Part shown: positions 1 through 7,343 of the stretch, one piece after another
Layout of the letters: every line of letters starts with the position of its first letter
Position numbering within the stretch: position 1 is the first letter of the stretch
From: Candidatus Altiarchaeia archaeon
GTDB taxonomy: Archaea > Altiarchaeota > Altiarchaeia > IMC4 > QMZM01
Length of the DNA: 64,000 nt
Assembly: GCA_049299895.1 (NCBI GenBank)
Contig: JBAQYF010000006.1
Span: forward strand, 29-64,028
Direction of reading: 5' to 3'
Notes under the pieces: model-generated
What the model was told of the DNA's origin: nothing
Database searches by the model: none
The model's input: the letters and a program-made list of their open reading frames with translations, nothing else
Translations under genes and position numbers: made by a program

Positions 1-1
1 C

Positions 2-96
2 GAGTGAACCTCCTACGTGACTCCATTTATGCACCCCTTAAAATTATTTTCCCCTACAAAAACTTAACTACCTGTCCACTTTAAGGGGCGCACTCC
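2..96 (-). repeat. Short repeated element, copy A (inverted partner at 34280..34444)
   Basis: rc(31..96) aligns with 34280..34345 at roughly 80% identity by eye. This includes a perfect 23-mer (63..85 = rc of 34291..34313, CTTAAAGTGGACAGGTAGTTAAG). Both copies begin GGAGTGC and end TTCACTC, giving short inverted termini. It overlaps the last codons of the HxlR ORF. The left flank is cut by the window edge. Confidence 0.6.
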
Positions 97-456
97 AATT
101 TCAAATATCTCTTCCAGATTTTTGCCGGCAATCAAAGGATAGGTTCTGTCAAAGATCTTATTGTCGAGTCCGAACATTATCATTTCGTATACTAGTTTGT
201 TAAGGCTTTTTCCCATAGGGGTTAATTCATAGGTTGCTTTTAGAGGCGTTATGCTCACTATCTCTTTTTTGATGAATCCCAGCTCTTCGAGCCTCTTCAA
301 TTGATCCGATAAGACTTTATTTGTTAAGCCTTCGTTGACCTCTAAAAACCCGCTAAACGTTTTGTAGCCTAAAAAAATATCTTTAATTATTGTCATAGAC
401 CACTTTCTGGAGAGTTCGCCATAGATTAGACGGTATCTTTCTTTTTGAGTCACCAT
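64..456 (-). CDS. HxlR-family winged-helix transcriptional regulator
   Basis: ORF 64..558, with the start placed at internal ATG 456 (MVTQKERY...). RKWSMTIIKDIFLGYKTFSGFLEVNEGLTNKVLSDQLKRLEELGFIKKE..LKATYELTPMG fits the HxlR wHTH pattern. It is divergent to an oxidoreductase gene, the usual HxlR context. Confidence 0.75.
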   Translation of the reverse strand: MVTQKERYRLIYGELSRKWSMTIIKDIFLGYKTFSGFLEVNEGLTNKVLSDQLKRLEELGFIKKEIVSITPLKATYELTPMGKSLNKLVYEMIMFGLDNKIFDRTYPLIAGKNLEEIFEIGVRPLKWTGS

Positions 457-579
457 AATAACACCTTGTATCTTTGAAGTTACAAAAGGTATAAATATAA
501 CCTTTTGATATAAAGTATTAGAAAGTAACACATATATTTGCGAATAAATAGTGAACAAAACAAAAAGGTGAAAAAAAAC

Positions 580-1479
580 ATGTCTTCCATTGAAACACAG
601 GACCTCGACCTAACGACCCGCCACTCGCAGTATCCGGACATCGATCCCAAAACTGCATTGAAGGGAAGCGCTTCCGGTAAAACGATCTTTTTGTCCGGCG
701 CGTCGCGGGGCATCGGGCAGGCGACCGCGGTAGCCTTTGCCCGGGCGGGAGCAAAAGCGGTTTATGTCACCGCAAGGTCTGTAAAGGAGCTTGAAGAGAC
801 CAAGGCCAAGGTAACCGAGGCGAATCCGAAGACTCTGTGCGCATACAGGGTCTGTGACGTGACCGATGTGGGACAAGTCAAAGCGGCGATCGATGATTGT
901 GCGGCCAAATACGACGGAATAGACGTCGCGGACGCCAATGCCGGATACCTTGACAAATGGAACAAAATCGGCGAATCAGACATCGCCAGCTGGTGGAGAA
1001 CGTGGGAAGTCAACCTGAAAGGATCGTATTACGTTGCCCGCTATGCCATACCTTACCTTATCGAATCCGCACGTTCTACCAAAAGACCTGCAGGCGGTTA
1101 TTTGATCCTGATCTCTTCCGTCGGCGCACAAATGCTGACGCAGGGGGCGTCGGATTACCAGACGTCAAAGCACGCTATAAACCGCCTATGCGAATTCATA
1201 GACGTGGATCACGGCGCGGACGGGATAAAATGCTTTGCCGTCCATCCCGGCGGGGTGTCTACGGCTCTCGCCAGGAACATGCCCGAGGAAATACATCCAT
1301 ACCTCGTGGACAAACCGGAACTGGCCGCAGGATTCATCGTCTGGCTCTGTTCAGGCAAGGCCGACTGGGCCAAGGGACGCTACCTGAGCAGCAACTGGGA
1401 CGTCAAAGAATTAACGCAAATGAAAGACAGGATACTCAAAGACGATCTACTGATGAACCGCTTGCGCACCAAAGGCTGA
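580..1479 (+). CDS. Short-chain dehydrogenase/reductase (SDR) family oxidoreductase
   Basis: ORF 538..1479. ATG 580 is preceded by AGGTGA about 10 nt upstream. It has the Rossmann motif GASRGIG, NAG, and catalytic YQTSK (YxxxK). It is visibly more GC-rich than its neighbours. Confidence 0.85.
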   Translation: MSSIETQDLDLTTRHSQYPDIDPKTALKGSASGKTIFLSGASRGIGQATAVAFARAGAKAVYVTARSVKELEETKAKVTEANPKTLCAYRVCDVTDVGQVKAAIDDCAAKYDGIDVADANAGYLDKWNKIGESDIASWWRTWEVNLKGSYYVARYAIPYLIESARSTKRPAGGYLILISSVGAQMLTQGASDYQTSKHAINRLCEFIDVDHGADGIKCFAVHPGGVSTALARNMPEEIHPYLVDKPELAAGFIVWLCSGKADWAKGRYLSSNWDVKELTQMKDRILKDDLLMNRLRTKG

Positions 1480-1543
1480 AAGACAATTCAAGGAAACTTT
1501 TAATCAACCACTGAAGGAGAAAACGGCACGCAATAAAATAGGC

Positions 1544-1735
1544 ATGCCCCTCGCGGGATTCGGAACATACCGGCTGTCAAACGACCAGGCGGAATTCTGC
1601 GTAAACGAGGCAATCAAAGCAGGATTCAGGCATATCGACTCAGCAGAGGCATACGATAATGAAGAAGACACTGGCAAAGGCATAAAAACACGACATATTT
1701 TGCGAAGGAAGTTAGGGGGACGATTGAGGGGGTAA
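1544..1735 (+). pseudogene. Aldo/keto reductase, 5' fragment only
   Basis: The first ~48 codons (GFGTYRL..EAIKAGFRHIDSAEAYDNEE) match the AKR N-terminus, including the Asp/Tyr of the catalytic tetrad. Similarity then ends and the frame stops after 63 codons, whereas AKRs are ~280 aa. Confidence 0.7.
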
Positions 1736-1821
1736 AATATGAAGGAACAGGATCAATATAAGTGAGGCAGAATACGGCAGATATGAAAACATTGTGCCCA
1801 AGACTGCTTATCCGCAAGGGA

Positions 1822-2274
1822 TTACCTTCCTGCAAATTCCCTTAAATAGTCATCCGGCGTCTTTATCCCAACCTCTTTTACATCGTCGTATTCCGAATCG
1901 TAGGACAATAATATGCTTCCATACAAAAAGGAGGTTGCTAGGATCACGCTGTCCACATATGAAAGGGTTTTCTGTTTCCGGGAGTACTGCGCCTTGAAGT
2001 ATCCCGCAAGAATGGCAGTCTCAGGCGTTGTGTTCGCAACATAAAAGTATTGGCGGATGAATAAAAGGATCGTAGGTATCAGATCCTCTTTTTTGCTGCG
2101 TATGCATACTGTGACGAGCTCCGAGAGAGTGCAGACACTGACTACAGCTTTCAGTTCCTTGGAAACGATCATTCCAAGCAGTAAGCCTGCAATGTCTTTC
2201 CCATCTTCGGCAAAGAAATATCTTAAGAAAACGCAGGTATCAACAAGAACCAGTTCTTCGCTTTTCCCGTCCAT
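1822..2274 (-). CDS. vapC: PIN-domain toxin (VapC-like)
   Basis: ORF 1822..2301. LVLVDTCVFL is the first acidic PIN motif, with later SELV and SYVDSVILATS / SYDSEYD acidic positions. It overlaps an antitoxin-sized ORF upstream on the same strand. The start (2274 vs 2301) is uncertain. Confidence 0.7.
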   Translation of the reverse strand: MDGKSEELVLVDTCVFLRYFFAEDGKDIAGLLLGMIVSKELKAVVSVCTLSELVTVCIRSKKEDLIPTILLFIRQYFYVANTTPETAILAGYFKAQYSRKQKTLSYVDSVILATSFLYGSILLSYDSEYDDVKEVGIKTPDDYLREFAGR

Positions 2275-2452
2275 AGTCTTCCTCGCGCAGTTCCCGAACA
2301 ACGGATACGGCCTTCTTTTCAGACTTGAGAACGCCCTCTAACTCCTGCAACTCCACCTTCGGCCTGGAGAGGACTCGAATCTCGATGTTGCCAACAGTCA
2401 GCTGGTTCGCCCAAGGCTGCTTCAAGTCAACCGACCTCTCCGTCTTTTTCAT
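2240..2452 (-). CDS. Small antitoxin-like partner of the PIN toxin
   Basis: 70-aa ORF directly upstream of and overlapping the PIN gene. Size and position are typical of VapB. I could not assign a fold by eye. Confidence 0.5.
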   Translation of the reverse strand: MKKTERSVDLKQPWANQLTVGNIEIRVLSRPKVELQELEGVLKSEKKAVSVVRELREEDYGREKRRTGSC

Positions 2453-2709
2453 AGTTCATATTTTGTTTTATGAGCATATAAGACCCTGGCGAGGGCTTGG
2501 GAAACATCCTTCTGAAGCACGATCTACCCCCGGTTAACATAAGACTTGAAGACCGGCAGGAGTATTACTCGTCACTCCGAGCATACGAGAACGAAGGAAA
2601 TCTAAGGCCATCCATAGAACTGATACTCAGAAGACTCAGAGCGACCAAAAAGAGGTAGCCGGGTTGGATGACTACAAATAAAGAGGACGTAGTCATGAGA
2701 AGGGGGCCT

Positions 2710-2755
2710 TCACGCAGCCATCTTTCCACCCCCACACCTCATCACCGATATAACT
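2710..2755. repeat. DR1: degenerate copy of the ABC-2 permease 3'-end repeat
   Basis: TCACgCaGCCATCTTtCCaCCCCcACACCtCatCaCC compared with TCACTCCGCCATCTTCCCCAGCGACACCGTCGCCC at 14363, in the same orientation. It overlaps the stop codon of the RelE-like gene. This is the weakest copy. Confidence 0.4.
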
Positions 2756-3002
2756 TGTCGTGATGCTCGTAGTCTTCTATCATCACAGTCTTCGTGTTCT
2801 CATCGACCGAGTACGTCAGGACGAAGCTTCCGACGTGCACGCGTTTCCAGTTTTGCAGGGGTTTTCTGAGGTTCTTGTAGTGCTGCGGGTTTATCAGTAT
2901 CTCGTCAAGCTTCTTGTAAACCGCTTCCATCTGCGCCTTGTCTTTCTTTGAAAGCTTCGCAAATACGCGGTCAACCGAGGGCTTGACTGCCAGGTTATAC
3001 AT
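2742..3002 (-). CDS. relE: RelE/ParE-family toxin
   Basis: 86 aa. ...NPQHYKNLRKPLQNWKRVHVGSFVLTYSVDENTKTVMIEDYEHHDKLY has RelE/ParE-like size and C-terminal pattern. It sits 1 nt after an antitoxin-sized ORF. Confidence 0.7.
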   Translation of the reverse strand: MYNLAVKPSVDRVFAKLSKKDKAQMEAVYKKLDEILINPQHYKNLRKPLQNWKRVHVGSFVLTYSVDENTKTVMIEDYEHHDKLYR

Positions 3003-3003
3003 C

Positions 3004-3243
3004 CTATTTTCCGTAGCGCTTGCGCATCTCGGCGACTGACCCCACCTTGATCGCCTTTTCTTTCATGATGCCTTCGGCCTTCTTTATGTATTCCGGTCTA
3101 AGCTCGGGTTCTAAAAGCTCCTTTTCGTACAACTCGGCCATAAGATCGATCGCCTCGGACTTGTCTTTAAGGCCGTATTTCGCCTTAAGGATGTTCAATA
3201 GCCTGTTAGTCTTCTCGGAAACGTTGATCAGCGCCTGGACCAT
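3004..3243 (-). CDS. Antitoxin of the RelE-like toxin (archaeal DUF2683-like, from memory)
   Basis: 79 aa. MVQALINVSEKTNRLLNILKAKYGLKDKSEAIDLM... resembles small archaeal antitoxins. It lies directly upstream of the toxin on the same strand. Confidence 0.6.
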   Translation of the reverse strand: MVQALINVSEKTNRLLNILKAKYGLKDKSEAIDLMAELYEKELLEPELRPEYIKKAEGIMKEKAIKVGSVAEMRKRYGK

Positions 3244-3305
3244 GTATACACCTCATATATATGATATTAATAGGGAATTAGAGGAAATAAATCAGGATGT
3301 AGCAT

Positions 3306-3707
3306 TCAGCTGAACAGCCTGTTGAATTCTTCCGGCTTGACGATTTTTGTTCCTCGAAATTCCTTGATCTTCAACAGATGATTATCCTGGCTCACTATGT
3401 AGTCGGCCTCCGCAGCTACTGCCGCCTCAAGAAACATGTTGTCGTCGGGATCGTCTGAAACCGCATCGATCTTTTCGACAGGCTCGACCATTATGCAATT
3501 AGAGATCACAAGGTCGATCCATGCGCTGATAAGGTCATCCGGCAACCTGATCTTAAAATCTTTTAATACCGTCTCTATCTCTGATATGGTTTCCAGGGAA
3601 GCGACCAGCGCGTATTTCCCGTCCCTCCACAGTTCCAAGGACTCCCTGGAAGCGCCGGACCAGAATATGCCGGATATGAAAACGTTCGTATCCAGAACGG
3701 CCTTCAT
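3306..3707 (-). CDS. vapC: PIN-domain toxin
   Basis: MKAVLDTNVFISG at the N-terminus, then ...SEIE..., DDPDDNMFLEAAVAAEADYIVSQDNHLL, so four acidic PIN positions are present. There is a 4-nt overlap (3704..3707) with the upstream AbrB-type gene. Confidence 0.85.
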   Translation of the reverse strand: MKAVLDTNVFISGIFWSGASRESLELWRDGKYALVASLETISEIETVLKDFKIRLPDDLISAWIDLVISNCIMVEPVEKIDAVSDDPDDNMFLEAAVAAEADYIVSQDNHLLKIKEFRGTKIVKPEEFNRLFS

Positions 3708-3961
3708 TTTCTGGCTCTTTTAATGGCGTCCTTTACGTCCTTAGGCTTGATCTCCCTTTCGGCAACGTATTCCGCCGTCTTCTCCCGAAGGACATTGAAA
3801 TCCGAAAGAGACGGCATCGAGATCCTCTTCAGGACCACCGTATCGCCCTCGCCCATGACAGCAAACTTCGCACCCTCCTTCAGGCCGAGACGCGTTCTCA
3901 CGTCCAACGGTATCACGACCTGCCCCTTCGAGGACATGCTCGTAACTACGATTTTTTCCAT
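3704..3961 (-). CDS. vapB: AbrB/SpoVT-family antitoxin
   Basis: SSKGQVVIPLDVRTRLGLKEGAKFAVMGEGDTVVLK is the swapped-hairpin AbrB/MazE motif. It appears translationally coupled to the PIN gene. Confidence 0.85.
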   Translation of the reverse strand: MEKIVVTSMSSKGQVVIPLDVRTRLGLKEGAKFAVMGEGDTVVLKRISMPSLSDFNVLREKTAEYVAEREIKPKDVKDAIKRARK

Positions 3962-4024
3962 GGTAAGAATGTCTTACTTTAGAATAATTTGGGATTGAGG
4001 GGATAAAAGAGGGGAGATTAGAAC

Positions 4025-4070
4025 TCACCCAACCGTCTCCCCAGATTCTTCGTCAACCGGAACTTGTGAT
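4025..4070. repeat. DR2: copy of the ABC-2 permease 3'-end repeat
   Basis: TCACcCaaCCgTCTcCCCAGaTTCTTCGTCaACC.. in the same orientation as the other copies. It abuts the stop of the PIN gene at 4072. Confidence 0.55.
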
Positions 4071-4071
4071 T

Positions 4072-4468
4072 CTAATCAACAGCCGAGATCATATCCTTAG
4101 TCTTCAAGACTTTTATCCTTGCCTGTTTCTCGAAATGTCGGTCATTGCTCCAGATAACAGACCCCTCAAAAGCTAACGCAGCGGCAATATAAGGTACGTC
4201 CTTCAAGTCGATCACTCCGATGACCTTATAAGCCTCGTCCCGGTAAGGCAATAGAACATCCGAAGAAATCACAGAGACATAATTGAGCAGCTGAATAATC
4301 AATCCGTCGAATTCTTCATTGGTGAGGCCGAATTTCTTCAAGAGCTCAACGCGATTCCCTTCGATCTCTTCAAGGATAATTTCAGGAAAAAGGAAAACGT
4401 CGTCTGATGAGATCAGAATCCTGCGAGTCCTTCAGGACGAAGACGTTAGCATCCAGGACGAGCTTCAT
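4072..4468 (-). pseudogene. vapC: PIN-domain toxin interrupted by a 1-nt frame change
   Basis: ATG at 4468 gives MKLVLDANVFVLKDSQ... and stops after 28 codons. The rest (..ILISSDDVFLFPEIILEEIEGN..KKFGLTNEEF...SNDRHFEKQ) continues in another frame to 4072. The ATG overlaps the TGA of the upstream antitoxin (ATGA). Confidence 0.7.
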
Positions 4469-4695
4469 TTTTTCAGCTTCATGAATTTCTTGGAAGCCGA
4501 TGCAGAGATCTTATCAGAGAACTCGTCAGCCTCCCGCAGGGTAAGTCTGCTTTTGGAGGATATCTCTTCCATGTACTCGAGATCCGAGACCTTGTCGGCT
4601 AAAGCCTTGCGCACTACCTCGCTCCAGCGGATCTCGGAGTGCTTTTTCATCTTCTTGTGGAGGTCCTCGGGAATGGATAAGGTGATGTTTACCAT
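4465..4695 (-). CDS. vapB: Ribbon-helix-helix/CopG-like antitoxin
   Basis: 76 aa. MVNITLSIPEDLHKKMKK... is an N-terminal beta-strand plus helices typical of RHH antitoxins. It is coupled to the PIN gene downstream. Confidence 0.65.
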   Translation of the reverse strand: MVNITLSIPEDLHKKMKKHSEIRWSEVVRKALADKVSDLEYMEEISSKSRLTLREADEFSDKISASASKKFMKLKK

Positions 4696-5038
4696 TTTGT
4701 ATCATTGATATAGTCGTCAAGCGGGTGAGGCTTATAGACTCAGCCCGCTATTTCGTGAACCTTTCTTAAAGGTTCTGTGAATATATGTGATTACACATAT
4801 AAGAGTATATGGTTCATCTACATGCTCGTCATATAATCACTTCGCCCCTACAGGACATACGAAAAAATCCCCGCATTCCATTGTTTCCCGCTCAGAGCAT
4901 TTAGGTAAGTCTGCTGCTTATAAAAAAAAAAAAGAGATTTAATAGGTTCGCTAAATAACCGTTTACCTAAAAGTATCGATTTTTGTTAATTACAGAACTC
5001 AAAAGTATAGAAAATCTAGGAATATGAGAATTTGGCTT

Positions 5039-5088
5039 TTCACTCCACCATCTTCCCCAAGCTCTTCGTCGACCACCAGAACACCGCC
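5039..5088. repeat. DR3: copy of the ABC-2 permease 3'-end repeat
   Basis: TCACTCCaCCATCTTCCCCAaGCTCTTCGTCGACCA. It matches 18 of the first 19 nt at 14363. It lies 20 nt beyond the stop of the retropepsin-like gene. Confidence 0.7.
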
Positions 5089-5107
5089 GCAAACAGTAAT
5101 CACGTAC

Positions 5108-5527
5108 CTACTTATTCTTTTCTATGTATATGTCGCCTGATTTTTCACAGAAGGTGATGTTGAAGTTTTCAAAGAATCCCTGCCTTCCGATCAACACGCC
5201 CACCTTTTTTGCCGAGAGCATTGGAATGTGGGCGATAACTTCTATTTCATGTTTTTCTCCTTCGCTCTCGACGGCTAAGGTTACCGGGCACATTGCGCAT
5301 GTTAGTTCCTTGTCGATCCCTGTGATCTTCTGGGATTTGAGTCTTTGATATTTTATGCCCAGGATGGATGCGACGTCTTCGGGTATAAAGGTGTAGTCAG
5401 CCCCGGAGTCTAACAGAGCAGTAATCGGCAATTCCTTGGACTTGTACTTTAGTTTTATGGGTATTATTGGAGTAAGTCTTGCTCCCATCCGATACCTAAA
5501 ATGCATCGTCATTGTAGATCGATTCAA
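5108..5527 (-). CDS. Retropepsin-like (clan AA) aspartic protease
   Basis: ALLDSGADYTFIP contains the D-S/T-G-A active-site motif. The size (~130 aa) fits a single-lobe retropepsin-like protein. The start is ambiguous because several Met lie near the N-terminus. Confidence 0.7.
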   Translation of the reverse strand: MNRSTMTMHFRYRMGARLTPIIPIKLKYKSKELPITALLDSGADYTFIPEDVASILGIKYQRLKSQKITGIDKELTCAMCPVTLAVESEGEKHEIEVIAHIPMLSAKKVGVLIGRQGFFENFNITFCEKSGDIYIEKNK

Positions 5528-5546
5528 AAAAAGAATCTTCTTTCAG

Positions 5547-5741
5547 CTATACGATCAGACATTTATCTCCGTAAACTTTGTCCATTAACAACTCTTTTGC
5601 AGGATGCTTCTTTTTTGCTTCATTGTACACGCTTTTGGCGTTTAAACCTGATGCGACTATTTTCCCGTCAACTACGGCGATCCATTTATCCGTGTATTCC
5701 TTCAAGGGAGCCGACATAACAAATGAGTAGTTTTTGTCCAT
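5547..5741 (-). CDS. Small protein, DUF5678-like (from memory)
   Basis: 64 aa. ..YTDKWIAVVDGKIVASGLNAKSVYNEAKKKHP.. It lies 19 nt upstream of the protease gene on the same strand. Confidence 0.5.
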   Translation of the reverse strand: MDKNYSFVMSAPLKEYTDKWIAVVDGKIVASGLNAKSVYNEAKKKHPAKELLMDKVYGDKCLIV

Positions 5742-5900
5742 TTTGCTTTCACCCGATCAATAATAATTTTTTACGAAGCTTTATTAATACTTATTTTCGT
5801 AGGCAGAAGCTAGAGTAAGAGAAATAGAGCCAGCAACCACCCCAAATGTATATCTAATTGGGGAAAACAAACTTAAAAGACGTAAAAAGGCTGGATTACC

Positions 5901-5946
5901 TCACTCCGCCATCTTCCCCGGGCTCTTAGTCGACCAGAAACTTGTG
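5901..5946. repeat. DR4: copy of the ABC-2 permease 3'-end repeat
   Basis: TCACTCCGCCATCTTCCCCgGGCTCTTaGTCGACCA. The first 19 nt are identical to 14363..14381. It abuts the decayed PIN remnant. Confidence 0.75.
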
Positions 5947-5949
5947 GTT

Positions 5950-6215
5950 CTAGTCAACAGCAGTGATCATATCTTTGGTCTACAAGATTTTCACCCTTGT
6001 CTATTTCTCGAAGTGCCGGTCATTGGTCCAGATAGCGGGAGCCTCATATGCGAGGGCCGTTACAAGTATCAGAACAACATCGGGGTCTATTTCGCCCAAC
6101 AACTCAAATGCGTGTTCCTTCTGGGGAAGCGTTTTTTCGTCCGGGACCACGATCACGTATTTCAGCAGAGTATCGAGGCCATGGATATCCCAAATGTATC
6201 CATTCTTATAGTAGA
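5950..6215 (-). pseudogene. PIN toxin remnant (C-terminal half, in-frame stops, no start)
   Basis: The minus-strand reading ..LLGEIDPDVVLILVTALAYEAPAIWTNDRHFEI*TRVKIL*TKDMITAVD* is homologous to 4072..4341 at both nucleotide and protein level. It has two internal stops and lacks the N-terminal half. Confidence 0.65.
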
Positions 6216-6249
6216 AATACTATAATATTATAGTAATAATTATATAATC

Positions 6250-7311
6250 ATGGATCAAACCACCTACCGGATATTGAAGGGGTTAGGCAGCAGCCCAGGC
6301 AAAGATTATTCCATCAACAGCCTTACAAGGGAGCTTGGAGCAGGCAGCCATAAGGCATATTACAAGAACGTCTATGACAAGATAAAGGAATTGAATAAGG
6401 AAGGGAACATAATCCTGGAAAAAACAGGCAACTCCAGCAGGATATCGATCAATTACGATGACTACGGCACTATCCTCCTATTATCCCAACTGGAATTGAT
6501 GAAAGAGAGGGAACTATTGGAGGGTGACTTAGAACTGAAAATGCTTTTATCGGATATAAGCACCTCTTTTAGCAGGGATTTCTGCTGCATTAAATATATC
6601 GCCATCAATCATCCGCACAGGAACAGGTCCCTGAACAGGCAGGAATTCCTGTTCGCCCTAAAAGACCGGGCGACAAAAAAGGACACAATAGACATATACC
6701 GGAAAATGCTGGACCTAGAAGCCGCCCACAACATAAAGCTGGATTGCCTGATCCTCAGGGAGAACGAATTACGGGAACTATTCAAAGAACAAGCCCACAA
6801 CCCGCTCAAGGAAATGATACCAGAACAGACGATCCTGAAGTACCAGGAGGAATACTGGCAGGAGATAAAAAAGATGCTCGAAGAAGGAATCAATATCCGC
6901 GGCGCAGAAGAGATCAATCCCGCAAAGATAGACGAAAAAGACTTATCCTACAACCTGGGAAGATTCGGATACAAGGAAACGGGAGGAACGATCGAAAAAG
7001 GAAAAAACTACGCCATTGAAACGATCATAATCTCCTTAATGCTAAACGGAGACGCACGCAGAATGGAGGCAATACCCCTCATCCTAAGCAAGAACCGGGA
7101 AAGAGGACGCAAGCCGATATACAACCTGCTGATATTCCTGGCAAAAAAATACCGAAAAGAAGAAAAGATCCACGCCTACCTGAAACTGCTAAACACAGGG
7201 AAAAACAAGGAAAACAAAGACGCAACAGACATAATGACAGCCCTCGGCATAAAGCCCGCGAAGATAGACGAAAAAACGATAAGGCAGAAGATGAGGTTAT
7301 ACAATGGATAA
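6250..7311 (+). CDS. Hypothetical protein with an N-terminal winged-helix-like region
   Basis: 353-aa ORF. The N-terminus (YRILKGLGSS..YSINSLTRELG...VYDKIKELNKEGNIILEK) looks like a wHTH. The rest is unassigned. The motif PAKIDEK occurs twice. Confidence 0.6.
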   Translation: MDQTTYRILKGLGSSPGKDYSINSLTRELGAGSHKAYYKNVYDKIKELNKEGNIILEKTGNSSRISINYDDYGTILLLSQLELMKERELLEGDLELKMLLSDISTSFSRDFCCIKYIAINHPHRNRSLNRQEFLFALKDRATKKDTIDIYRKMLDLEAAHNIKLDCLILRENELRELFKEQAHNPLKEMIPEQTILKYQEEYWQEIKKMLEEGINIRGAEEINPAKIDEKDLSYNLGRFGYKETGGTIEKGKNYAIETIIISLMLNGDARRMEAIPLILSKNRERGRKPIYNLLIFLAKKYRKEEKIHAYLKLLNTGKNKENKDATDIMTALGIKPAKIDEKTIRQKMRLYNG

Positions 7312-7343
7312 GACAGATCACGCATATACTTCCGAAGGACATT

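Noticed and set aside
2572-2600. A possible seventh DR copy (TCACTCCGAGCATACG...)
   Set aside because: Only the first 8 nt match and the remainder diverges completely, which is within chance expectation.
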